A DNA stretch of 64,000 nucleotides from positions 9,853,812 to 9,917,811 of the forward strand of contig NC_092675.1 in NCBI RefSeq assembly GCF_964355755.1, given 5' to 3'. The stretch's first letter is position 1. Each line of letters begins with the position of its first letter. This document shows, one piece after another, positions 39,478 to 51,915 of the stretch. Both the position numbers and the translations under genes were made by a program. A model generated the notes under the pieces. The model was given only the letters and a program-made list of their open reading frames with translations. It searched no databases and was not told where the DNA came from. This stretch comes from Antedon mediterranea. Taxonomy: Eukaryota; Animalia; Echinodermata.

Positions 39478-40300
39478 GGCCCTGTTTCTGCTGCCAACTA
39501 AATACCGTATATTATACGGTATTTTTTGAATACCGTATATATACGGTATATTTTTGGCAGCAGAAACTGCGCTCATAAAAAATATACCGTATTTTGTATA
39601 CCGTATTTTCCCCACAAAATTTGTGGATAAAATACGGTATTTACAAATTTATACCGTATTTTGCGTACCCGTTTCTGCTGCCAATAAAAAATACCGTATT
39701 TTTTTTTTACATGACAAAAGGTCAACATTCGTATTTTTATTTTCTGTCGCTGTCAGCTGCTTTACACACGTGTATAGATATATTCGGCGAAAATGTGGAG
39801 CGAAGACGTCACAGTTTTACTAAATAAATGTGTGTGGGGAAGCTAAAATGTCTGGCCAACTAAAAGGTAATAAAAGGGACAACCACATTTATAAAGACAT
39901 TTCTAAAAAAATAAAGCAGGAGTATGGAATAGACTGGTCTCCAAAGCAAGTAAACTCAAAGCTGAAGAGCCTGCGAAGCAGTACAACATTGCAAAATACA
40001 ATAACTCGGGGAGGGAACGAATTAATTGTCCCCATTACGATGTTTTCTGTGCTCTCACAACATCTCTATCACTAGGGCTAGGTTGTTGAAAGTGAGACGT
40101 AAAACTTCCTTTATTGCGACTTTTAATTATCGATCAAATAAATGAATGGCAATTTGGGTTAAAAAAGATGAAATTTAACACGACCACCCAAGAAGTATTG
40201 TTAGCAGAAACGGGGTACTAAAAAATACGGTATAAAAAATACCGTATTTTATACCGTATTTTTATACCGTATTTTAAGCAGTTGCAGCAGAAACAGGCCC
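39478..40300 (+). mobile_element. Harbinger-like Myb/SANT derivative, copy 3
   Basis: Same TIRs; 3-bp TSD AAT/AAT; extra frameshift in the Myb ORF. Confidence 0.88.
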
Positions 40301-41559
40301 AATGAAAGTAATATGAAAATAAACCAGATCATTTATGATTAAATGAAGAATTTCATAAACTCATAAACTTTATTTGCATTTATTCATGTAAACAAATTAT
40401 AATAATAGTCTACTTGAAACACTACCCTAGTGTGGAAAAAATCCTAACTGTAAATTATATGTCATTTATATACCAAAATAACTAACTTCTTTCAAAACAA
40501 AGACATTGTTTTAATATGTATTTAAATGAAGTGTGAAAATAAAAATTCTCATTGGTTGTGATGGTTATTAGATAAATATCCAGTAAAATATTGCCAGAGA
40601 AGGAATATGACTCCATATGGCAGTGAATGTTGAAATTAGCATATTGAACCTTGGCACAAGTTTGTTTTTAATGAGGAACAATAACGGTGTGTGCTTGTAA
40701 TGATGCTGAAAGCTTTTTCTCGCTGGAAAAATGTAATTCATTAAATAAACTACACTTATTTTTGTAAGAGACTTAACTTTCCCAAGACTTAAATTTTCTC
40801 TCTTTTTTGAACAAGTCTTCTAATTCTTGTTTTTTTATACTACTCTACTACAAAATTGTCTCCTTTTATATTGTTTAATTATAAAAAGTTATGTGAGCTT
40901 CAATGAAACACTCTTGTAAAACAACAAGTATCTACACCACCACTAAATGGTTATTAAAAGCGCTTTTTGGGGAGGATCAATAGAAACACATCGGAAGTAT
41001 TTAGATGGCAATTCAATTCTGTATTACTTCCTGAAAAAATGACTTTAGAAACGATTCTAAAAACTTCACCTTTGTGATTGACAACAATAATACAGTAATA
41101 TTAATATTAACATCACTTACAATTAGTAACTAACCACAGATTTTGCCATATCTTATAAGACTTGTATACTCCTGTGGTTTGTATACAAGAACAAAATCTT
41201 TTCAATATAGTCCTATTGTTAGTCAACTAAACAATAGATCTACAATACCAATATTTGGTCATTGAATTCATAAAGAAGGTCACACAAATTATTCAAGTAC
41301 GTGGATATATTTCTGACATAAACAGTTAAATAAATTTTATATTATAATTTTGATGAGCATTTATACATCACCAATATAACTTTTAAAATTGTGGACATTA
41401 CAGTGTCTTTCAAAACAAGCATACATAACAAGTGATATTCTTAACAAATGCTTTATTATAACTAAAGACAAAAATAAAAGCAATTTGTTAATTTGTGTGT
41501 TCTCCCCATTACATCTCTTTTAAAAAAACACCTGTTTCTCTCTTTCTGATTTTATTTCC

Positions 41560-41745
41560 TTTTATCCTTCTTTCATTGTTGGCATACTGTATTTTTGTAT
41601 ATATTATATCTTTGTTAATTTTGTGTTTTTATAGTTTATTTTGTATTTACTGTTTTTATTGTTTGAGGGTCCCTAATGATCAGCTGATGCTGGATGGACC
41701 ACCCTCATAAAATATTGTTGAACTTGAAATAAATAAAAAAAAAAT
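41560..41745 (+). mobile_element. Probable LINE 3' end (stem-loop, AATAAA, A-rich tail)
   Basis: GAGGGTCC...GGACCACCCTC hairpin, then AATAAATAAAAAAAAA. Confidence 0.45.
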
Positions 41746-43109
41746 TAAAAAATATTTTTAGTTTATCCAGGTAAGCTAGCCAATACAACCATTGGTTTGT
41801 TTATTCAGAAGCGGAATATAATTATATTAAAAATCACTATATTTTTAAGCAATGAAAAATATGGAATTAATTATGCAAATACAAGTATAGCATGAATCCA
41901 ATTCAGTTGAACTTTAAAATAGGCTTGTATGTAGACTGAATATTTAGTGTAATTATGTTGTTTGTTTGTAATGAGTCTAATAAACTTGTTTATCACATAT
42001 CTCGGAACAGTGATGTATGATATTATTAGCAATAGTTAAGCACAACAATTGCATTCACTAAGTGCAATTAACCATTATATAATCATCTTGTTTATGCCAA
42101 TTTTCTCATCATAATTATTGCCTAATTAGGCAACTGTGACAATTTTATTTTTGTTGTGAAAATTAAACATGTGTTAATGCACTTGAGCTATATATGAATA
42201 TATTGTTTCCCAACCAGAGATGAGAGGGATTATTACTCTTCTCTGTACACTTTTGAAACAGAGATATTTCAGAGTTATTAAAAATTGATTTTACAGAACA
42301 ATTGCATATTTTTACCAAGACATTTTTTTTAGGTATACAGTACAATATATATATAGTACAATGTGTTATGCCATATATGGAATGATATTTTATGCTATTA
42401 TAGAATGAGAGATTACTGGCACTGGCAGGGTGTTGATTTTAAATAAAGCTGTTGAAAAATATTAGCATCCATTATACATAATAAGGACCTGTTTCTGATG
42501 ATGTCAGCAAATAACAAGTTTATTATTGTGTGAATAAATCACCCCCACGTTTTCATTGCAGTAGAAATGAGGACAAATTTCTAAAAGATAATGATTGAAT
42601 AAACCAAGTCAATGTGACACTTAATACTGTAGGTATTCTACCTCTTAGGTCGTGTTTATACAACACCCTAAATTTGAACACGGCTTTAATTTTTAGCGTG
42701 TTGTTCGGACCGAGGTCAACCCACCTTAACGTTTGCTGTTATACTAGAAATCATGATACCGTGTTGTACCGGAAGTTTCATCAACACGCAGTGCATGCTA
42801 GGATAAAAGGTCAAATCGTTGATCGCTTGAATTGGCTGGGTTGTCAACAATCATCGTCGCCTCCTCGCTGTCCGATGTATTCGCGCGGTTTTTACCATTT
42901 TCATTATTGTATTCGTTCACGTTTGCATTGTTGTTTATTTTGTTCTCGGTTCATTTAAATTAATAAAAGTTATTTTAAGGGTTTCATTGTTTCATCTATA
43001 CACTATGGAAGAAGATGCCATTTTTGCGATTTTAGTTTTTATTCTGTTTGGAGTGGAAAACGATAGAGGCCTACTGCCACTACGAGTTGGCCCCACTAGG
43101 CTAGGCGTA

Positions 43110-43290
43110 AGCTTGGTTCCCTCTAGAACGTAACGCAAGGACGTAAAGGCAACGCAAGCGTTTTAACCAATGACAAGCGAAGTTATATAGACAGTTAGCA
43201 ATCACAAGCGAATAAGCCATCGATTGTGATTGGTCAATTCACTTGCGTTGCGTTACGTCCTTGTGTTGCGTCGCTAGTGGGAACCACGCT
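43110..43290. mobile_element. MITE with long imperfect inverted arms
   Basis: AGCTTGGTTCCCTCTAG...CGCAAGGACGTAA / TTACGTCCTTGTG...CTAGTGGGAACCACGCT, flanked by TA. Confidence 0.75.
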
Positions 43291-44977
43291 TAAGACGTGG
43301 TAGGAGGATGATTGCTGGCAGCGAAGCAGCAATAAATGGGCCCAATCTTGTTAGCAACGTCGCATGACATGATTGATATTACGACCTGTTTTAACGAGAG
43401 GTCAAAATATACCCTGAGGACACTTCCAACACGGTAACGGTGACCGGGAATCCACCAAATTTTAGGATTCAGCCAAGTAGCCTTTTTTGCAATTAAAATC
43501 TCATTACACGGAATCTCTTTGTTGTTATACAACACACTTCTCGTAGGCGTGTAGAATATGCTTGTAATAGCGTGTTGTATAAGCGCGCCCTTACAGTACA
43601 TGGTCACCGATATCTAGGTGAAAGTTCTTTATCAATTTGAGCATCCAAGGTTGTGATGTATTATGTGGCATTATGGATTATGTAACATTAATAAGTATTA
43701 TTTTTTAATATTTTGGAAACGTTATTTTAAATGAAGCAGTTCAATTTGCCAGTTTAGGTTGCTTTGAATTTGATTGATAAATAAAACATTTAAGGTATAT
43801 TTATATTGAACTCAAATAATATATAGTATTATGTAATACTACGTTGTTTACCAATTTGTAATTATTGAATGATTGTAATAAGATCTTAAATTGTTCATTC
43901 AGTTAGTAATTTGATACCAACGATGGATTTATGATATAATACAAATATGTTATGCCCTTGGGAAATAGACATATGTCTTTTATAATAACCACAGTATTCT
44001 CATGGGACATTTGGGACTTTTCAGAGCCTTGTACCCAAAGATGTTATGTTTTCCTCATAAAAACATTTTTTTTTTAAATAAAAAAAGTTTCCAACTACAG
44101 CAAGGAATAATCGGTGAACCGCGAGTAACCACATTTCACGGCAGTTACATTAAGTGACTATTAAACGGTGAAAATAATCCAGTTAGTAGTTGTGTTCAGG
44201 CTTTGATCCACACCGGCTTCTAAAAACCATTCAAACACCAGCAGAAAAGAAACTGTATATGTTGAAAGACAGTGAATAACCTTAACCTAGAAATAGTTGT
44301 TTTTATGCATAGATCTGGGCATAATTGTCTTAAAATCATTGGGTACAGTATGGTATAGATGTGAAAATATTGTAAATTCAACTCAAAAAGTGCTTTTTTT
44401 GTGTGTGCATCGCTGAGCATTCACTGACGTTCTTTAAAGACAAAACTTTATTCAGTAGAACTTGTTAAATAATCCTATTTTATAATGCTTTGTTTGTTTC
44501 TCTTAAATTTTATTTTGTACGTAGTACAATGAACTGAACTTAAGCTGAATAAATGATAAGAACATTAAAAATACCCAGGAAAGAAAAATTAGCATTCAGA
44601 ATATATTATGCACTATAAATAACCAAACAAAAGCTTTGCAAAGGATTTTTCTATTAAAAATTAATATCTACAATATAATATAAAAGTATTTTTTTATCCA
44701 CTATCATTCATGCATATCATGAACATTTTTATAATAAATTTGTCTGTAATTCTTTTTATTAACCAACAAATAAATAAATTTCGTTCTTAAAGTTTTCAGT
44801 GCATCTCCAGTAATTTAGAATTTGTTCTGTGCCTGTTAATTGATAATACATTTTGATATATTAACATTGATTTAAATTATTATATAGTTGAATATCAGCG
44901 CTACTGGGCTAAAACTCTCAAGTATTTACATGCGGTTACAAACCAAAATATTTTTCAATTGTTGTTTGTTTTTGCAG

Positions 44978-45211
44978 ACCAACTCACACTTTCCTTCTAT
45001 AAAGATGATGATCGTATTACAAAAGAGGTCCGCAGGGAAAGAATCATCATTACTGACAAGAACTTCTGTGGAATTGATAGCGGACACCATTACCATGGCA
45101 ACTCGTACATTACCACAGTCGTGTGTGTGGATCAGATTATCGCTTTGTCATTCTACTGTTCATCAACACAATTACAGTGGTATCATAGAATAAAACACAG
45201 CTTAAAGAGTC
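44978..45211 (+). CDS. DOK7: DOK7-like exon 3 (PH domain)
   Basis: DQLTLSFYKDDDRITKEVRRERIIITDKNFCGIDSG...WYHRIKHSL resembles DCLLMLVYKDKSERIKGLRERSSLTLEDICGLEPG...WDARIRYAL. Phase 1/1. Confidence 0.88.
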
Positions 45212-45651
45212 GTAAGTTATCATTATCTTTGTCTATACTATGAATTAGGTAGGTTGAAGTAAATGTTAAACATTAATCTTATTTCACAGCGTACGTCTCG
45301 TAAGTAAACAAACTTGTGATGTTTAATAGTTTTCAAACTTCTCAGACTATGAAAAACTGTCGAACATGCAATTTTAGAACTAAACATTAATAACTCTACA
45401 GTAAATAAAATGTTGAAAATAAGAATTTAAAGGTCAATTTATATACCACAGTACCACTTTTTCTGCATACTGTTAAGTATTGTTTACATGGAATAATTCA
45501 GTAATACTAATTTTAACAGAACAGAAGAAACATAACTTTTCTGCGCTAGTATTAAGGCAAACAAAAAATATAGATACAAATAACAATATTTGTCACGCAA
45601 TGTCTGTAACAATTAATGTTAAAATAATTCATATTTTTTTATTGTTTGCAG

Positions 45652-45855
45652 TTATTGAATATAAATGTAGAGTAGTTATACCAAACCGAGGCAAATTGCC
45701 AGCAGGCCCGGCTATGTTGTACTTTTTTGACAACCATTTTGCTATTACGTCAGAAGTACCCATACGCCTACATGGATCTTGGTATTTAGAGGACCTCCAG
45801 TGTTATGGAACTATAGCTGGAGGGCTTTTGTTTGAAGCAAAACATAAGAAACGAG
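45652..45855 (+). CDS. DOK7: DOK7-like exon 4 (IRS-type PTB domain)
   Basis: KLPAGPAMLY...GSWYLEDLQCYG...GLLFE resembles KLESGPATLH...GQWKLSDLRRYG...GFIFE. Confidence 0.88.
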
Positions 45856-46241
45856 GTATATTGAGAAATTGCTTAAAATATTAAAAGATACAGGTATCGA
45901 TTATTGAAAACATGATTTAACTTTATACATTACAAATTAATTATACATAATCACATAAATAATCAAATTGTAATGATTTATATATATTTACTTCCATTAC
46001 ATTTGACAGTGAAACAACCTTTAAAAAACATAAAAGCAAAACAACAGGCTTTTAATAGTGGAATTAAAAATACAGAAATTAAGTAAATATAATGTCCTAA
46101 ATGTTACTGAAGATGAATAAAAGTAGTTGGAAATATTGAATGATTGTGGCTTTCTTAATTTTTTAGATTATCATTTTAAATACAAATTAGGCTAAATGAG
46201 AACATAAATAAAATGAGTTTTTTCTGTAAATTTCTTTTCAG

Positions 46242-46349
46242 GGTTTAAGTACGTTTTAATGACTAATCAAGCAAATGATCTAAAAAGTCATTTTGATGCT
46301 GCTTTTAATACTTGGTTACCAAATCGGTGGTCTCATCTTTCTAGTACAT
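46242..46349 (+). CDS. DOK7: DOK7-like exon 5 (PTB C-terminal helix)
   Basis: GFKYVLMTNQANDLKSHFDAAF... with TTTTCAG| acceptor and |GTAAGT donor; phase 1/1. Confidence 0.82.
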
Positions 46350-46387
46350 GTAAGTATGATTCATTGCGTGAATCACAAATACATTAT

Positions 46388-46702
46388 ACATAACCCCAGT
46401 GTTCCTAAGTAGGAGTTGAATGTAGTGTTAAAACATATTTAACAAAAAAGTGTCTCTTAATAGGAGTGTCCACTTTATGGTAGTATCCACTTTATGGTAG
46501 TGTCCCCTTTATAGGTGCGTCCCATTTATTATAGGTGCGTCCCCTTTATAGAGGAATAGAGGTGCCCCACCCCCCCCCCCCCCCCCGCCAAATAAATAGA
46601 GGATTTACGAAGAATTATAGAGGAATATGAGTTTCCCTTTATATTAATATCACTTTATAGGGATGGCCCTTAATTGAAGTGTCCCAAAGGTAGGGTTCTG
46701 TA
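46388..46702. repeat. Degenerate short-unit GTGTCCxCTTTAT repeat region, likely a MITE remnant
   Basis: Several ~18-19-bp variants of GTGTCCACTTTATGGTA, plus a poly-C run. Confidence 0.4.
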
Positions 46703-48837
46703 TTGGGATTTATTTTTCTGAAACATAAAATGTTGATAGAATATATTAAGATTAATATATGAGAATATAAATCACAAATGCATTCTATTATAAACTTGTT
46801 ATTTGGTTTCATTTCAAAGATAAACATATATTATTTTGTTTTTCTAAAATTAATTTTTGTATTTTGGCTATAATTATTAAACTTGTCTATAGATCAGGCC
46901 AAGGCCATAACATTTCATATGCATATATTACATATTAAAGCAATAAAAATTTATTTTTAATTAGGAACAAAAGAAATAGATTTGAGAAAGAATAACATGG
47001 CGATAAAAAACGACTTAACCTTGATATTTCTTTGCAATAAACATGTGTTCTATTGTACTTATGCTGGTACTATTCAGATAACTGTTTTTGCATTTTATTT
47101 TAGGCGGAATTGCTATATGATGACGTGGGTTATAATGCGTCATGTACAGTGCATTGTCACATTCCCCCTTTTTGATAGACTAAGAAATTTGATATATTGA
47201 TCCTCTAGATACAAGTAGATTTACAAACTTACATACAGAACACATATGAGTATGAAACTGGGATTCATTTTTTTTCTAAACAAAATATATTTAGACATAG
47301 ACAATTGGAAATCTATGTAATAATTATTATTATAGACAGAATAATTGACCACGTGACTACCAGGGATTACCCTAGCTCCCAGACCACCAGTCTGTTTCTC
47401 TTTCTCTTTCCCGTATCCTTTATAGTTTGCATACAAATGTACTGCTGTTATTATTATAGGACAAGTTTATTTTCTTATCAGAAGTGACAATTTCATATGC
47501 TCTGCCATTGTAGTACATTAGGCTTTAATTGTAATGACCATAACACTCAGTTTTGTTTTTAGGTCTGATAGTAAAAAATGACATTCAAAACATCTAGTCA
47601 GCACTTTATTTTCCATTTAGATTTTAGCTGTCTGTTTTAAAGATCAAAACACAATAATGCCAATGCATGCGGCACAAATTACTGTCATTATGGCACAGAA
47701 ATCGTATCTATAATTATGACGGTAAAGTGGATATTTAGCTGTTTACGGATGTTTTTCAGTAGTTTAACAGTGATGACATTGGCATTAAAACGATAGTGGC
47801 ATGTCAAAACCACTTTGTTATTTTGTTACTGTGGTATACAGACACAAGACAAAAATGTGTACAGTTTTTCTATCATTAAACAATTTTTATAGAATATACC
47901 ATTTTTAAAAAATGTTTTAGTTTTGTTGTTGTTGTGTTTTTGTTATTTTATCAATGGATTTCATTGTAATCAAACACAAAGATTCAATTGTACGACTAAG
48001 GTAATTGTAACCTTCTAAATTCACTACAAATTCAAGTAAACAATACTTAAACAGGATATAAATAACTAGAATAAAACAATAGCATTAGTTTGTACTAATG
48101 CCTAAATCCTGTGAGATAAACAATACAATCTCACTAGTGAGCCCAAATCATACACAACAAATTCCAGGCTTTATTTTTCCAATTTATATATTTTATAGTA
48201 TAATTGTATGCGAGAAATTCAATTCATGTACTGACAAACATAATCCTCTTATATCTGCAAATGCATTGGCTAGCCGCTATGTTGGCTAGATTTTTGCATA
48301 CATAATGTATTGTGTTATTGCAGCTTATAGAAAAGTTGGTTAGCCCATATTCTGTGACAACAACAGCTGCTATTTAACTTCTATTGTAGATCTAAAAAGC
48401 TTAAATAGAATTAGAACATTTACTCAGCAGCTTTATTACCTATTATGTAATATATTTTAATTTTTTGTGATAACAACTTTTTTAAAAATACACATATTCA
48501 TTTTATTTAATATTCAACATTTTATTAAATATTTTTTAAACTTGTACATGCGGCCTTAAAAAAAAGCTACAATAACATTTAACAAACCCTTGGTTGATAT
48601 GTTTGTTGAGAAACATTTAGATTAAAATTTAAGATTAAAATTTATCATCATCAGTTTAAACTCACAAAAACAATTCAATGTACCTTTATTGTCCTGAATA
48701 ATTAAAGAAGTTATTTCCATGTATTTACTAATTTCCTTATCTAATTGTATTAATATTGTAAATTTCTTTCTCAATCAACTATCGTATGTATTGAAATACC
48801 AGCGTCTAAATACATTTTCCATTCTTCTTTCCTGCAG

Positions 48838-51797
48838 TGTCAATTTGTGATGATCATTTCACGAGACATCGAAGTGCTACCAACAATTCAGCCTATTCAC
48901 ATGGTGCTCAAGATTCCAATAACCATAGAAATAATGACGGCCATGATGGCACTGGTGCTAGCAGTAGTTATTATCAAACATCAGGTGTGAGTCAAGAAGA
49001 AGGAATGGGTAGTGGAAGTATACATGAGCCTGTAAGCTCTACTTGTAGCTCAAGCAGTGGTACACCAGTGAAATCATCATCTCAGAATGGAAATACAATA
49101 AGTGCATTACATCACACTGGACATTTGTTTAATGGTAAAGAATGTAGTCAGGAATCTGGAATAGACATGCATATATTACCAGTTGTAGCACAAGATGCTA
49201 AAGTTGATGAAACAGCAGGTCTTCCTTACAAGGAACGATTGTATGAAGTTATGGCTTCTTTTAAAAATCTAAGACATGTAACTACTTCAAATTCAAATAT
49301 GTCACAAACTGTACATGTATTTCCATCCAAAAATGATTCCGTTCACCATAATATGTATGTGAACATGGATGATTTACCGGAGGACGAGCGAATTGCTCGA
49401 TTGAATGACAAACGTTATCTACAAGAAAAGGATGCAGAATTACTTGAGCGTGTAAAAAGAGAATGTAAAAGTCCTGAACTGGAAAGGAACTCGAAATTAA
49501 TAACACCAAAATATCAAGGACTTCAAACAAACGATCAAACACAAAAGACTGATTCTCTTAATGTGCAATATGTAAAATCTTCAGAAGTACCCTCACATCT
49601 TCAAGAGCATGTGGATACATACATCTTGATTCCAGGGATTATTCCACAAACTGGTGCAGCATCCTTGCCAGCAATTGAACCTCCTCCGCTTGGACCTAAG
49701 CCAAATAAAAACAAATGCGATATCAAACCAGAGCTTGGACCTAAACCTGCGGCAATTAGACCTCCTGAGTTAGGTCCTAAACCAATTCCTGGTCCTAAAC
49801 CTGGTCATGGGCCAAAACCAGAATTGGGACCAAAACCAGAGTATTGTGCGTTTCCAGAAGTATTTAGTAAAGATAGTACATTGCCAGAATTAGGACCAAA
49901 ACCAGAGTATGGTGCATTACTTGAAATAGGACCAAATTCAGACTATAATAAATTTCCTGAATTAGGACCAAAACCAAGATCAGAATTTATGCAAAAATCA
50001 GAGTCAGTATCAAGAGTTGTTCAGGAGGAAATACCTGAAATTGGACCTAAACCAGTTAATCAGTGGAATGATGAAGTTCCTGAGAGTAAAACATCAGATA
50101 ATTCAAAAGATAATAATATTGACAATTGTGAATCAAATGTCTGCATACCTGCTCCCTTCGAACATGATAATTTGACGATACCAACCACTGCAATTCTTCT
50201 TTCTCAAACTGTCCAGTCTGACACACATGAAATAATCCAAGATAAAGAAGCTCCCAATTTAAATGTTGCCAAGATATCAAAATCTAAGAAACAAAAACAC
50301 TCTTCTCCGAAATCAAAATCAAAACGTAATATTATGAGAGGTCGTTCAGGCAGTCTCAAGAGCAAACCGGAAAGTTATGACAAGCCAATCTATCGGAATC
50401 GTTCTGCTAGTGTTATGGCTTTCCAGTTTGATCAATTTGATGGTGGTTCATCATCTTCAAGTCTGCCCTCTCCAACTGAACCATCAACAAACTTTGAGTT
50501 TTTACCTCATAAACCATCTGTTGATCTGAATGCACTGATTGAAGTAGATAGCAGTGAAATTAAAACTGAATCAGAAATTGGTAACATTCCAGAAGAAATG
50601 CCTCTTTTAACACAAGTTCCTGTTCCCCCTCTACCACCAAAATCGACAAATTCACTAAAATCTCGTAAAGCACCTCCACGACCGGCAAAACCAATTAAAC
50701 ATGGAAATCCATTTATGGCAGCTGATGTTCAACCGGCAATTCCGCCAAGGAAGCGTTGCCAAACAGAACCTTCCTATGCTATGTCATCTAGTGATGGTTT
50801 TTTATTAATGGATCCAAGCTCAAAAGGAGATGATGGCTATGCTCTTATGAAACCAGCGTATCTAGACAAAATCCAAAATGCCAGTGACACAACATATCAT
50901 AGCCCATCATTATCGCCTTTAAAAAGTACTTTAGATGCTACTTTACCAGGTTCAATTAAAACCACTGGATCTTTTTCGCATAAATTTTCATTTAATGTGG
51001 TGCCAAATAGTCCTATACATACATCTGTTGATGTAGAGACTACGATATCAAGTAAACCACAACTCAAACGATCTGCTACTATGACAGGTTCTAGTTTAGT
51101 ATCCACAAGAATGCAACGTACATATAGTTTGCATGGTGATCACCAACATGCTCATGAAAATATACGTAGAGGGAGTGTTCCTGTGTTGAAACCCGATGAA
51201 ATGTCATCAGCGAATAAAGTCAAAGTTGAGAAAAGAAGAATGTCTTCTTTTCGTCCTCGCACTGATGGTGAATATCATGCTATAGATAAGAAAAAGTTTG
51301 AGAAAATTAAAAATGGTTTTTCTACTGAGAATCCTATCAGAGAAACATCTAGTAATGGAAAAAGAGAAAATGTTAAAACAATTGAAAAAGTGAACCAACT
51401 TTCAACTGATAAAGTGGAAAAATCATCTAATGTATCAGAAAATAACATGAACAACATATCATCAATTACATGCTCCACTGGTTCTAGTAACAATTCTAAT
51501 AACACAGAACTTAACGATGTAGACTGTGATATGGAAAGTAATAAACAAAGTTTAACATATGGACAAAGTGGTGCTAATCACATAGAAGATAACACAATTA
51601 TTGCAGAATCACAGTTTTCTTTGCTAAATTGCATTGACAGCACTGATAATAAATCTTCCCTTCAAGGATCTATAGATAAAGTTTTTGAGAAGTATTCTTC
51701 CTATAAAGTGAAACTTGTCGACAGTGAATCCAGAGAAATGGCTTCACAGGGAGAGAAAACTGACATAGATGAAATGGAAAGTACATTTATAAACTAA
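48838..51797 (+). CDS. DOK7: DOK7-like terminal exon: ~986-aa disordered tail with GPKP repeats and YxxM motifs
   Basis: Strong acceptor TTCTTCTTTCCTGCAG|, phase matches exon 5, open for 2960 nt. Linkage to the PH-PTB exons is inferred. Confidence 0.8.
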
Positions 51798-51915
51798 AGT
51801 TCAGTCTACACTATCAAACAAATTTGATGTGCCCATATATGGACAGGATGATGTCACTACCATTTTGGTCACATCACACTTTTTGTCAAACTAGTTTAAT
51901 AGTGTAGACAGAGCT
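51798..51915. mobile_element. Tourist/Harbinger-like MITE with TAA TSD
   Basis: TIRs AGTTCAGTCTACACTA / TAGTGTAGACAGAGCT (14/16); TAA at 51795-51797 and 51916-51918. Confidence 0.75.

Noticed and set aside
42625-43600. Larger TIR element around the 43110 MITE
   Set aside because: The ends share only partial similarity (TACTGTA...TTATACAACAC). It is probably an old DNA transposon, but boundaries and family cannot be supported.
47104-47120. Extra DOK7 exon after a good acceptor (TTTTAG|GCGGAA)
   Set aside because: In the required phase it stops after five codons. It could be a short alternative terminal exon, but nothing else supports that.
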